Source of the DNA: Abditibacterium sp.
Lineage (GTDB): Bacteria; Armatimonadota; Abditibacteriia; Abditibacteriales; Abditibacteriaceae
Assembly (NCBI GenBank): GCA_965199495.1
Contig: CBDASK010000003.1
Location: 2,848,001 to 2,912,000 of the forward strand
DNA: 64,000 nt
Direction of reading: 5' to 3'
Shown here piece after piece: positions 47,636 to 57,123 of the stretch (its first letter is position 1; each line of letters starts with the position of its first letter). The notes under the pieces were generated by a model. That model saw only the letters and a program-made list of their open reading frames with translations, did no database searches and was not told the DNA's origin. A program made the position numbers and the translations under genes.

Positions 47636-48391
47636 TTACGCTTTTCGTCGCGCGTGACGCAACTTCTCCAATTCGGCTTTGATCGGTTGCCAGTATTGGC
47701 GGTCACGCTCGCGCTCGTGCGCTTCTTCCTCGTGCAGAGCAGTTTCTAACTCCGCTTCAGAACTCGATAATTTGCCCAGAAGTGCGCGTTGCGAAACCAA
47801 TTTTTGGCGTTGATTGGGAAACAGTTCGCCAGCTTCGCGCAGCAACGTGGGCGTGCGCAGTTCGCGTAGCCAAAACTCGATGCGGGGCGGCGTGGCTGCA
47901 TCGCGATGTTCGAGATAATGCACTTCGAGCAAGCGCCGAATCATCGGCCAATCTTTGTCGCGTTGCGTTTTTTTCGCTTTAACTAAATCGGGGAGAGACA
48001 GCAGGTCGAAACTCTGATTTTCCAATTCAATCGTAGTGCGGCGCTCCCAGAGTTGCTCGAAATCGTCAACTCCGCGCATGACGGCCATTACATCAACGCG
48101 CATTTCGCGCGCTTGCGGATGGAAGCAGCGAAAGTGGACGGCGTGACCGCGCCGCAGATAATCGGCGTCGAAAGCAGGCACCGCAATGGTTTTTGCCTGT
48201 AATTCATCCAGCGCGTTGTGCAGGGCCAACAAATTCGCGGCATCGGGCACAATGGCGAAATCGGCGTCGCGGCTAAACTCCGCCGCGCCGTACAATACGC
48301 ACGCCTGACCGCCCATCAAAAGCGCGCGGCACCGGTGTTTCTGGATCGTAGAAAGGACTTTGCGTATCGGGTTCGGGATCAAGATTGCCAC
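47636..48391 (-). CDS. Nucleotidyltransferase-fold protein (AbiEii/DUF6036-like)
   Basis: LLMGGQACVLYG...SRDADF, RVDVM, LPDLVKAKKTQRDKDW. Confidence 0.75.
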   Translation of the reverse strand: MAILIPNPIRKVLSTIQKHRCRALLMGGQACVLYGAAEFSRDADFAIVPDAANLLALHNALDELQAKTIAVPAFDADYLRRGHAVHFRCFHPQAREMRVDVMAVMRGVDDFEQLWERRTTIELENQSFDLLSLPDLVKAKKTQRDKDWPMIRRLLEVHYLEHRDAATPPRIEFWLRELRTPTLLREAGELFPNQRQKLVSQRALLGKLSSSEAELETALHEEEAHERERDRQYWQPIKAELEKLRHARRKA

Positions 48392-48524
48392 CCAGCGTTA
48401 GAAAAATTTGCCATAACTTACCCGTTTCGGCCCAGCGCTCTGCGGGCGTTAGATAAAACCATTCGACCCATTCATCAGGCCACAAATCTTCCGGTTGAAC
48501 GAGGTGGCGCGAGGAATCGGACAT
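48273..48524 (-). CDS. Small partner protein (putative antitoxin), overlapping the downstream gene
   Basis: 83 aa; EWFYLTPAERWAE (LTPxER-type motif). Confidence 0.55.
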   Translation of the reverse strand: MSDSSRHLVQPEDLWPDEWVEWFYLTPAERWAETGKLWQIFLTLGGNLDPEPDTQSPFYDPETPVPRAFDGRSGVRIVRRGGV

Positions 48525-48606
48525 AACATTTGAAGCGGTGCGAGTTGCGCGCCGTCTACCCTTACAATTGATGGGCTTGGTGGCGCTGGCAATAGTGCCC
48601 ATAAAA

Positions 48607-48927
48607 TTAGACTACCGCGCGCCCGCCAACAATAATGTGGCCCTGCCAGATACCTGAAAACCACCAGTATGTGATGGTGCAATCCTGTTCATCTAACCGG
48701 CAAGAGTAGTGGACGAATTGTAAAAACAACGTATAAAAAACTTTGCGAAACACTTCTTTGTCGTCAACCCAAACGATGAAAGTTGTTTTGAATAAACCGC
48801 CGATCAATTCAACTTTAATTTCGTGGGAAGCGATAAGATTAAAATCAACTTTTGTGAACTGATGAGATAAAGTCCGATGTTTAGTCACTTTAAGGTTGGT
48901 GAAAACGGGATCGTTGTGCTGTTTCAT
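48607..48927 (-). CDS. Hypothetical protein, AT-rich
   Basis: 106-aa ATG ORF in a visibly low-GC stretch. Confidence 0.55.
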   Translation of the reverse strand: MKQHNDPVFTNLKVTKHRTLSHQFTKVDFNLIASHEIKVELIGGLFKTTFIVWVDDKEVFRKVFYTLFLQFVHYSCRLDEQDCTITYWWFSGIWQGHIIVGGRAVV

Positions 48928-48978
48928 TATGCTATTCTCACGCGATCCGCTCGATGAACTTAACGCAATAAGTGCGAT

Positions 48979-50277
48979 TTACGCGCCGCCAACGCGTTTG
49001 CTTTGCGCCGCCGCCGCGTTCGCGTCGGCGCGCGCGGTGCGGCCCGAAAGCGGAATCGGGCGCACCAAACCCGCGTGCCGCACTTCGATTTGGCCCGCCA
49101 AAAACGTGTCCGGCCCAATGCCGTTGGCCACGATTTCGATTTCGTGCGCGCCCGTGCCCAATTGCGTTGGCTTAATTTGCAAACCGCTCACGCTGGTTTG
49201 AAGTTGGCAATCCGTGGGCACTTTCACCGAAAAACGCCACGAATTGAGCGCGCGCGGCGCGAACTCGCCCAAGTCGAGCGCGACCGGCAATTGCCAATCG
49301 TCCGCCGTTTCGCTGTTCATGCCGACGACGCGCCCGCGCACTTCAACGCGCTCTAACGTCGGAACCGCGCCCTCGACTTGAAGCGCGACATCGTTTTCGC
49401 CGCCATCGGTCACTTCGATTTGCAGACCACACAACGTTACGCCCGCGCTCGCAACCCCAACAACTGGCCCATTCCCCGCCCAAATTACGGCACCTTCGCC
49501 TTTAATTGTCAACGCGCGCTGTATGCGAATCGGCCCGCGATACTCGCCGCGCGGCAACCGAATCGTCGCGCCGGTTGTGGCTTGGTCAACTATTTTTTGT
49601 AATTCGCCCAACGCCACAACAGCAGCCACGGCGGGCGTGGCTCGCTGGTTCGCTGGCGCCGACAAACTTGCCGGATCGGAAAGCGGCGCGCTCGGCGGCG
49701 TGGAAACCGAAGTCGAAACCGGGCTTTGAACGGGCGCGCGCGCATCATCTTTGACGACTTCGCCGCCGAAATGCGCCAGCAACGCGCCCAAATCTCCGGC
49801 GAATCCCTGACCCGACGCCCACACGCGCCAGACACCTTCTTTCCGATAAATTTCGGCCAACATCAGCGCTCCTTCTTTATCGAAATCGGCGCCGCTAAAT
49901 GGATAACGCATCAACGTTTGGCCGCCCGATTTAAGCGTCAATTCGCTGGCGCCCAATTCGCGCATCGTGCCCGCGCCATCAACGGAAAGGGTGAAAACCA
50001 AACGCGCAACTGAAGCGGGTAATTTGTCCAAATCGAACGCGAAAGTCGCGATTTTGTCGGCGAGTTCGCTTAATTGAATCGCATCGTCGGGCGCGGCTTT
50101 TTGGTTGAAGAAAACCATGAAACGGTCGTCGGAGAGTTGACCATTTGAGTCAATGCCAAAACAGACGAAATCGAAAACCGGCAACGCGCTGCGCGCGCGC
50201 ACTTCGAGCGTGAAGCGCGTCGCGTTGGGCGCGAGTTGCGATAGTTTGGCGCGTTGACCGCGAATAAAATTTTGCAT
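48979..50277 (-). CDS. TerD domain fused to a short right-handed beta-helix and Ig-like domain
   Basis: LSDDRFMVFFNQ, AEIYRKEGVWRVWASGQGF; LQKIVDQATTGATIRLPRGEYRGPIRI. Confidence 0.8.
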   Translation of the reverse strand: MQNFIRGQRAKLSQLAPNATRFTLEVRARSALPVFDFVCFGIDSNGQLSDDRFMVFFNQKAAPDDAIQLSELADKIATFAFDLDKLPASVARLVFTLSVDGAGTMRELGASELTLKSGGQTLMRYPFSGADFDKEGALMLAEIYRKEGVWRVWASGQGFAGDLGALLAHFGGEVVKDDARAPVQSPVSTSVSTPPSAPLSDPASLSAPANQRATPAVAAVVALGELQKIVDQATTGATIRLPRGEYRGPIRIQRALTIKGEGAVIWAGNGPVVGVASAGVTLCGLQIEVTDGGENDVALQVEGAVPTLERVEVRGRVVGMNSETADDWQLPVALDLGEFAPRALNSWRFSVKVPTDCQLQTSVSGLQIKPTQLGTGAHEIEIVANGIGPDTFLAGQIEVRHAGLVRPIPLSGRTARADANAAAAQSKRVGGA

Positions 50278-50347
50278 TTGGGAAGGATGGAGAAGTTTAA
50301 ACGCTCGAACTCACCCAGTTGCCTCTGCAAGCGTTAAGCGCGTCGTC

Positions 50348-51340
50348 TCACATGATCGAGTTCCAATCGACGCGTGGCGCTTCGCCTTGCATTAGCTCGG
50401 CAATTTGAGCGCCTTCGCCAACGCCGTGGAGCCATTCGCATAACGCGACGTGAGCCTCCACTTGCTCGTGCGCGTTTGGCTCATTTGCCACGATTTCGAT
50501 GCGCCCCTCGGACGCGTTTTGCAAGCACAAAAATTCATTGTCTCGCGGCGACGGAGCCAAATGCCGCAAAATCAGCTCGCGCCACTTTTTGATGCGCGCG
50601 GGCATCCGCAAACCCAATGGCCCAGCGCTACTCAATTGCAAAAATTCCCACGGTCTGGCCTCGCTTTCGCGATAGGAAAATCCCAGATGGTAACGCTCCC
50701 CAGAGTAAGGCTCGCTTGGCGAAGGCTCCGTCCATAACGCCCGGTTCGCGTGCAAAATTTGGGTCATCAGGCGCTGGATATGCTCGATTTCTGGCGCCGA
50801 AATTCCGAAAATGCAGCTTTGCCGTTGCGCCGCGTCGAAGTGGAGCCAATCGAACGCCACGCGCGCCTCACAATGCGAATGTTTCAACCAGTCGCGCACC
50901 AGATGTTCGGCTCGATTCGCGCTCAAATCGAAAAATTCTTGCGGCCTCCAATCGGGCGCTCGAAAGCGCGCGTGTTGGCCGTTCCATGACCAATGGCCTT
51001 CGCGCAAACCGAGCCGCAAAAAGTGCCATCCGCGCCGACCATAAAGCGCGCCATCAAGGTTAAAATGGCGCTCGAAATCTGGGTTTGGCTCGCGGCGTAG
51101 ATAATCTTCCACATCGAACTGCGGTTGCCACGTATATTGCGGAATCAACCAGTTGCCGACCTCGTCGCTGCTGGCCTCGCGCGCATAGGCGAAACGTCCG
51201 CGTGGCGTTTCAATTGTGCGCACCAAAAGTTCGGCATCGCGCCACGCGCCGTGCACGACATAATCCGCCGGAGCCACGCGCGCAACTTCGGCATCGAGCG
51301 GCACCTCCCACGGGGCGAGCGGAAAATTAGGCAATTTCAT
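50348..51340 (-). CDS. Hypothetical Trp/Arg-rich protein
   Basis: 330-aa ORF starting 3 bp after the kinase stop. Confidence 0.65.
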   Translation of the reverse strand: MKLPNFPLAPWEVPLDAEVARVAPADYVVHGAWRDAELLVRTIETPRGRFAYAREASSDEVGNWLIPQYTWQPQFDVEDYLRREPNPDFERHFNLDGALYGRRGWHFLRLGLREGHWSWNGQHARFRAPDWRPQEFFDLSANRAEHLVRDWLKHSHCEARVAFDWLHFDAAQRQSCIFGISAPEIEHIQRLMTQILHANRALWTEPSPSEPYSGERYHLGFSYRESEARPWEFLQLSSAGPLGLRMPARIKKWRELILRHLAPSPRDNEFLCLQNASEGRIEIVANEPNAHEQVEAHVALCEWLHGVGEGAQIAELMQGEAPRVDWNSIM

Positions 51341-51343
51341 AAT

Positions 51344-52786
51344 CTACGCCATCTGCACAACTGCCAACCGTCCGTTGCCAGCGCGCGATAAACGAATTTG
51401 CAGGCCGTCGCGCAAGATTTCGCCTTCGTTTGTCGCGATTAATTTGTTGGGCACGCTCGCACCAGCCACGACAACCATCGCTTCGCGCGCTTGATTAATC
51501 AGCCACCACTCGTCGTTTTGCAGCGCGAAGTAGGCTTGTGGCGTGCGGTCGGCGCGCTCGCCCGCGTATTGATTGTCGTAAATGTGCCACGGAAATAATC
51601 GCTGATGATGCCAGACGACCAACCGATGATTGTCGCTTTTGAATTGGCCTTTGCTGCCTTCGCGATAAAAGTTGAGGATTGGCACTGGCCCGCGAATCCG
51701 AGTGTTACACCACGGGCAACTTTTATCAGTCCCATCGAAGACAAACCATTTTTGCGGACAATTTGGGTTGGCGCACGGATGCAATAAATCCGTCGTTTTG
51801 ACGAGAGCTTGTTCCCACGAACCGGCGTCGGGCCGTGCGTTTGGTTGGTGCAAACCTTCGCCAAACGCGCGCTCGAATAATGGCGACAAATACGGGCCGA
51901 GTTTGGAATACGGAACTTTCAAAAACGCGGCGTCGGGCCGATTGGAGCGGTCACGCGCATCTTCGATCCACAACGCGCGCGCGCCCATTGATAAAAGTTC
52001 ATCGTCTTCGCCCGAAACTGTCGAATTGACTTTCGGGCCGCGTAGCGGATGGCGCCCCAACAGATATTCGTAAATCAAAACCGCGAGCGCATAGCGGTCG
52101 GTTGGGATGCCCGGCAAATTGCGCTTGGGATTGGTGAGTTCTAATTTTTGCGTCGCCAAAACTTCGGGCGCGATGTAGCCGGGCGTGCCCAAAACGTCGG
52201 GCGGATAAATCTGCGGCACGACCAAAGAATCGCAGTCAATAATCACGGCGCCGCCGGTTTTTGGATCTATTAAAACGTTCTTGTTGCTCAAATCCGAATG
52301 CGCCAGCCCCGCCGAGTGCATCCGGCGCACGGCGCGCGCCAATCGCGTCGAAATATGGACGTATTTGAGCCAGTCGCCTAACTCTTCTTTCGGCAAATAA
52401 CCGCGTAGTTTGGGCGAAGTAAACCATTTCGCCTGTTTCTCTTTGCCCTTGAAATTGCCGGTCGCGAAAAAGAAATTGGCCGGATACGTCGGCGCCACGA
52501 CGCCGATTTCGGGTTGCGCGACGACGCCCGATGGCCAGCAAAACAATTGGCTCCAATAGGCGCCAACTTCGGGGTCGGTTGTGGGATTGAACGGGCCGAC
52601 GATGGATTGCAAGCGCGCGCGGCGTTGCGGGTCGGCGCCGACGGTTTTGTCTTTGAAGAAGCACACGACCGACGATTTATCGGGCGTGAAATGAACGGTT
52701 TTCATGCCGCCCTCGCCGATAACTTCGGCGTTATATTCGATGATACGCCCATTAGCGAGCGTCGCCGAACGCGTATTAGCAGCCAT
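51344..52786 (-). CDS. TerY-P triad Ser/Thr kinase with Zn ribbon and FHA-like C-terminus
   Basis: IGEGGMK, AHSDLSNKNVL, IDCD, GTPGYIAPE, TDRYALAV, C..PNC...CPWC. Confidence 0.9.
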   Translation of the reverse strand: MAANTRSATLANGRIIEYNAEVIGEGGMKTVHFTPDKSSVVCFFKDKTVGADPQRRARLQSIVGPFNPTTDPEVGAYWSQLFCWPSGVVAQPEIGVVAPTYPANFFFATGNFKGKEKQAKWFTSPKLRGYLPKEELGDWLKYVHISTRLARAVRRMHSAGLAHSDLSNKNVLIDPKTGGAVIIDCDSLVVPQIYPPDVLGTPGYIAPEVLATQKLELTNPKRNLPGIPTDRYALAVLIYEYLLGRHPLRGPKVNSTVSGEDDELLSMGARALWIEDARDRSNRPDAAFLKVPYSKLGPYLSPLFERAFGEGLHQPNARPDAGSWEQALVKTTDLLHPCANPNCPQKWFVFDGTDKSCPWCNTRIRGPVPILNFYREGSKGQFKSDNHRLVVWHHQRLFPWHIYDNQYAGERADRTPQAYFALQNDEWWLINQAREAMVVVAGASVPNKLIATNEGEILRDGLQIRLSRAGNGRLAVVQMA

Positions 52787-54170
52787 CGCGCGTCTCCGTT
52801 TCGCTCGATGCGGGCGCCGTGGCTGCATCGTCGGAGTTCGCATCCAATCGGGAGTTTTCCTTCGCACCAAGATTGGAAGGGTGCGCCAGCCCCGCCGCGC
52901 CTAATTCCGCTTCCAGCGCGACAATTGCACTGATTTGTTCGGGCCAACTCAACACAATCGTGCGGTCGTCGGACGAGCCTTTTTTCTCATAACCCAGCCA
53001 ATTCAAAAGCGTGGCGCCCGCATCGTCGGCGTCTTTGGCGAGCGGATTTACTTCCTCGAAAACTTCGCCTAATCGTTTGTCTTCGGGGAAATAATCGTCG
53101 CTCACGCCATCGGAAACAAGCATCGTCGCGCGCAAATCGGCGGGCATCGAGAATTTGACGCGATTGGTGAAATCGTCTTCCATGTTACCCGTCGTCAGAA
53201 AACGCGTTTCGCTCGAATGCTGGCCGTGATCGGCGGCGCCCAAAAGTTTCAGGCCATCGGCGCAATCGAGCGCGATGGCACCATCGCCGACCTGCAACGC
53301 CGCGCACAATTGCTTTTCGCCGACAGCGCGGCGCACCAAAATCAACAACGTCGCGGCGAAGGCTCCCAACGGTTGCTCGCGCGCGTCGGCTTCGTCGCGT
53401 AACGCTTGCAGCGCCGCCTTGGCCGCGCCAATGAGGGCGGCTTTGATGCGCGGCAAATCAGCGTTGATGTCGTCGCTTAGCGTTTCGATGTCGCCCAGAC
53501 TGCCCATCAAATCACCGAGGGCGACTTGGCACGCGACGGTCGAGCCGACGCGCGAAAGCGGCGCTGAGCCAGCGCCATCGGAAACAATACTAATGCTCCA
53601 CGAACCCACCGCGTTTTCGGCGAATCCCAGCGCGAACGCGTCTTCGCGCCACAGGCCGCGATGCGCGTGCAATTTGCCGCGCACGCTGGCCGCCGCGACC
53701 TGCCAACCATCGGGTGCGGTTAAATTCCCGCTCTCTTTATGCGGCGTCGGATCTGTTGGGTCGGCGGGTTCGTTTTCCTGCCACAGCGGTTTGCTAACGA
53801 TGTAATTGGCGCTACAAAGCGGCCCGCGCTCGCCAGCAGCCACGGCGCGCGCATGGAGTGTTGCGCTTTGGGTTAACAATATCTTTTCGGGCGAGTAGGG
53901 CGTCGAGTTTTCGTTGGGTTCGCTGCCGTCGAGCGTGTAGAAAATGCGCGCATTGGGCGCGTCGCAGTAAATGCCGACCGTCACCGACGATTGAAACGGC
54001 GCATCGGGCGCGGGCGCAAAGGTTAGTTGAAGCGCCGGGTTTTCGGCGGTCATATCGAATGAAATCGTCGGTTGCGTCATCTCGATTTCGATGTTTTGTG
54101 GCTCGCTTTCGTCTTTGGTTTCGGGCGGCGTGGCTGCATCGGTCGCGTTGGTGGGTAAATCGGGTGTCAT
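52776..54170 (-). CDS. TerY-P triad PP2C-like phosphatase with N-terminal Fn3-associated (CHB_HEX_C-like) domain
   Basis: ASVRGKLH...REDAF, VSDGAGSA, VGDG, VSDGVSDD, DDRT; N-terminal IFYTLDGSEP. Confidence 0.88.
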   Translation of the reverse strand: MTPDLPTNATDAATPPETKDESEPQNIEIEMTQPTISFDMTAENPALQLTFAPAPDAPFQSSVTVGIYCDAPNARIFYTLDGSEPNENSTPYSPEKILLTQSATLHARAVAAGERGPLCSANYIVSKPLWQENEPADPTDPTPHKESGNLTAPDGWQVAAASVRGKLHAHRGLWREDAFALGFAENAVGSWSISIVSDGAGSAPLSRVGSTVACQVALGDLMGSLGDIETLSDDINADLPRIKAALIGAAKAALQALRDEADAREQPLGAFAATLLILVRRAVGEKQLCAALQVGDGAIALDCADGLKLLGAADHGQHSSETRFLTTGNMEDDFTNRVKFSMPADLRATMLVSDGVSDDYFPEDKRLGEVFEEVNPLAKDADDAGATLLNWLGYEKKGSSDDRTIVLSWPEQISAIVALEAELGAAGLAHPSNLGAKENSRLDANSDDAATAPASSETETRDGC

Positions 54171-54204
54171 GAAGATTTTGAATAAATTTGTGGCGGGCGC
54201 GCCG

Positions 54205-54325
54205 TTTTGATAGCCCCGTAGAGACGCCGATTTATTGCGTCTAAAACGTAAATGCGCTCGCGAAGTTTGCGGCAACTCGGACGTTTTAGACGCAATAAAT
54301 CGGCGTCTCTACGGGGCTATCAAAA
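54205..54325. repeat. GTAG-type REP doublet, family B, with 13-bp locus-specific outer arms
   Basis: ttttgatagcccc-GTAGAGAC...GTCTCTAC-ggggctatcaaaa. Confidence 0.9.
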
Positions 54326-54353
54326 ATTATTTCACGCCAGAAACGCTAAAATT

Positions 54354-55034
54354 TTATGGCACGATCACGATTTCCGGTGGCGGCGGCGGCAACTTAATTT
54401 CCGCTTCGCCGCGATTGGAAACGCCTGTCGAAGTCGTGGCGACGCTGGCCGAAACCCACTGGAAAAATTGTTTCAACGCTTCGGGCTGCAAGTCGCTGAG
54501 TTTCACCACGATGTTGGTGATGCGTTTCAAAACCGATTCGTCGGCTCCGGCGCCCGCCGCGCACGCGATGAAGTTGCCCGGCTTTTTGGCTTTGATGGCG
54601 TCGGCGGCGTCTTCCCATTTATCGGTCGGTTCGCCGTCGGTCATCAGGAAAATCAGCGGCTTCCAATCGCCCTTCTGGTCGGCGGTCGTCTGGCGCACTT
54701 CGCGGTCAATGCAATCGGATAAAAGTTTCAAAGCCGCGCCCAACGCCGTCGTGCCGGTCGCCTGAAAATCGGGTTCTTTGACCAACATCAACTCGGTGAG
54801 CGGATTGACTTGGCGCGCCGTCGAATCGAAAGTAATGACGCTCAAAAACACCGTTTCGAGCGCTTGCGGATCGCTTTTGAGTTCGTTCAAAAGCGTCTTC
54901 ATGCCCTGACGCACCGCTTCGATGGGCGCGCCGGTCATCGAGCCGGAACAATCGAGAACGAGATAAACCGGTAGACGACGAATCGAGGCGTCGGCGAAGG
55001 GAGATTGGGAACGAGGAATGGGATCGGTAAGCAT
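54354..55034 (-). CDS. terY: TerY vWA protein
   Basis: RRLPVYLVLDCSGSMTG, SDPQALET, KGDWKPLIFLMTDGEPTD, FFQWVSAS, LPPPP. Confidence 0.93.
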   Translation of the reverse strand: MLTDPIPRSQSPFADASIRRLPVYLVLDCSGSMTGAPIEAVRQGMKTLLNELKSDPQALETVFLSVITFDSTARQVNPLTELMLVKEPDFQATGTTALGAALKLLSDCIDREVRQTTADQKGDWKPLIFLMTDGEPTDKWEDAADAIKAKKPGNFIACAAGAGADESVLKRITNIVVKLSDLQPEALKQFFQWVSASVATTSTGVSNRGEAEIKLPPPPPEIVIVP

Positions 55035-55089
55035 AAATTGTGTGAGAGAGTTAGCAGTTAGTGGGCCATGCAGTTTTTGACTTTGGGGT

Positions 55090-55176
55090 GACGCAGATTA
55101 TCGCGTCTAAAATGTAAATTATCCGCAAAGTTGAAGCAAATTCGACCTTTTAGACGCGATAAATCTGCGTCTCTAC
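55090..55176. repeat. GTAG-type REP doublet, family B (left end eroded)
   Basis: gacgcagattatcgcgtctaaaa...ttttagacgcgataaatctgcgtctctac. Confidence 0.85.
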
Positions 55177-55182
55177 AGAAAC

Positions 55183-56232
55183 TTATCCCACGCGCCCCGA
55201 TAATGAAATTGGCCCGCCCGGCCCGCCGCTACTCAAAACGACGCCGCAGTGCGGGCACTGCAAATCGGAGCCGTCTTCGGGCGCGCAAAACAGATTTTTG
55301 CAATCGGGACACTGGCCCGCCGCGCGATTGTCGCAGTAGGGGCACGGCAAAACGCCCAACACGTTTTCACTCGAAATGCCCATCAGCGCGTCTTCGGCGG
55401 GGCGCGGCCCAGCGAAATAATCTTCGTCCACGATATGAGTGCGCACGGCGGCATAAACGCCGTGGCTGGTGTCGAAACCAAAGCGCGTTAAAAATGGTTG
55501 GCGCGTGTTGCAACAGCGCAGCGACAGGAACAGCCACGCCGGGCGCCGCGTCTGCTCCAGAGTCGCGCCGATGGGAATCGAAGGCGCGCTGAAAGTTTCG
55601 GCGGGGATTTTGGCGAGCGAAATCGCTTCGACGCCGGGCGCGCCAATCGCCTGACTGGTCACGCTCAGAGAACTCGAAATCCACTGGAACAAGCTGCGAA
55701 AATCCAACTCGCTTTCGCCCATCATCAAAACCGAATCGGCGATTTCGTTCAAGACGAGCGGGTTCGCGTCTTCGCCGCAACCGATGCCGATGATATTCAT
55801 TTTCTTGCCGCCAGTTTTTGAGGGCGCTTTGAGTTGGCGCGCTTCGTCGCGCCAATCGTCGGTCGGGTCGCCGTCGGTGAGCAGGAAAACGAGAGGTTTG
55901 TAATCGCCTTTTTGCGTCGCCGAATGCGTGCGCACTTCGCGCTCGATGCACTCGCGAAGCAAACGCAACGCGGCGCCCAAACCGGTGCCGGGCTGAACTT
56001 TCAATCGCGGCGCTTTGATGCCGATCATTTCGGTCAAAGGCAAAATTTGCTGCGCGTTTCCGGCAAAGGTGATGATCGAAATCCACACGGTTTCGAGGGC
56101 GTGCGGGTCGGAGTGCAAATCCAGTAAGAGCTGGCGCATTCCGGCGTTGACGCCGTTGATGCCGTCGCCGATCATGGATTCGGAGCAATCCAAAAGCAGA
56201 TAAACCGGCAAACGCCGTTCGGTAAATTCCAT
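55183..56232 (-). CDS. TerY vWA protein with TerY-C metal-binding domain
   Basis: RRLPVYLLLDCSESMIG, LTDGDPTD; C-terminal CPYC...C.DC...C...CPHC. Confidence 0.9.
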   Translation of the reverse strand: MEFTERRLPVYLLLDCSESMIGDGINGVNAGMRQLLLDLHSDPHALETVWISIITFAGNAQQILPLTEMIGIKAPRLKVQPGTGLGAALRLLRECIEREVRTHSATQKGDYKPLVFLLTDGDPTDDWRDEARQLKAPSKTGGKKMNIIGIGCGEDANPLVLNEIADSVLMMGESELDFRSLFQWISSSLSVTSQAIGAPGVEAISLAKIPAETFSAPSIPIGATLEQTRRPAWLFLSLRCCNTRQPFLTRFGFDTSHGVYAAVRTHIVDEDYFAGPRPAEDALMGISSENVLGVLPCPYCDNRAAGQCPDCKNLFCAPEDGSDLQCPHCGVVLSSGGPGGPISLSGRVG

Positions 56233-56274
56233 CGAAATAGGTTTAGCTTAAATTTCTGGCGCACGCCGCGAGAA

Positions 56275-57006
56275 TTATCGCGAACTCAACCGCTGGGCAA
56301 TGTTCGATTGCAACTGTTGCAAATCGTTTTGATGCAGACCGCCTAACTGCGCGATAATCGCTTGCAAATTCGAGCGGCCCAACAGAGCTTCTTCACTCGA
56401 TTGCACCAAAATTGTGCCTTCGCCGATGAATTCCAATTGTTCTTCTTCGTCGCTACGACGCACGCCCAACAAACTACCCGCCGCCTGTAAAGCGTTGCGC
56501 ACATACGCGTGATCATAGCGAATCGCCGGGCACGGCAAATCGGCCCAGCCCAACAACGCTTGCTCATCAACGCGTGCCGGTGGCTCCATGAAATGCACCG
56601 GCCCATTGGAAGACGCCAGAAATTTGCCCGTCCCCGTCAGCGTTAAATAATTCGGCACGACCGATTGCTGACATTTCAACTCTTTGGTAAATCCCAAAAC
56701 GTGATCGGCTTTGACGGTGAGATTGCCGTCGTCCAAATCAAACGAGTTCACATCGTTGCCTCGGTCGCCTAAAATCAATTGGCCCTGACCAGAAACGACG
56801 ACGAAATCGTTGATGAAAAGCGGTGAGTTGAACGCGTTTTGCACCAACACATCGAGCGGCCCCGCGCCCAGCGATTCAAAACGCAAGTTGCCGTAATAAG
56901 CGATCATTTTGCCCTTCTGAATGAACATTTGGTCGCGCACTTCGACGCAAAACGCGTAACGGTTGATGTTATCATTTTTGGGCAGATTTTCGGGATTGAG
57001 TTTCAT
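56275..57006 (-). CDS. AIM24 family protein
   Basis: KGKMIAYYG, VSGQG, VDEQALLGW, EEEQLEFIGEGTILVQSSE. Confidence 0.85.
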   Translation of the reverse strand: MKLNPENLPKNDNINRYAFCVEVRDQMFIQKGKMIAYYGNLRFESLGAGPLDVLVQNAFNSPLFINDFVVVSGQGQLILGDRGNDVNSFDLDDGNLTVKADHVLGFTKELKCQQSVVPNYLTLTGTGKFLASSNGPVHFMEPPARVDEQALLGWADLPCPAIRYDHAYVRNALQAAGSLLGVRRSDEEEQLEFIGEGTILVQSSEEALLGRSNLQAIIAQLGGLHQNDLQQLQSNIAQRLSSR

Positions 57007-57014
57007 GCTTTTAG

Positions 57015-57123
57015 TAATAAGGTGGCAGGTGGCAGGTGACAAGTGGCAGGCACAAGCAGCAAACTCACGCGTGTTCGCAGACTTCACCTTGCCACCTGAT
57101 ACTTGACACCTGTCACCTTATTA
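57015..57123. repeat. Inverted heptamer-array element (GTGGCAG type), gene-less, shortened core
   Basis: aggtggc aggtggc aggtgac aagtggc ... gccacct gatactt gacacct gtcacct. Confidence 0.85.

Larger units (their letters stand above)
47581..48991. mobile_element. ~1.4-kb cassette flanked by a perfect 24-bp direct repeat
   Basis: ATAAGTGCGATTTACGCGCCGCCA at 47581-47604 and 48968-48991; the repeat includes the stop codon of the 48979 gene. Confidence 0.75.
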
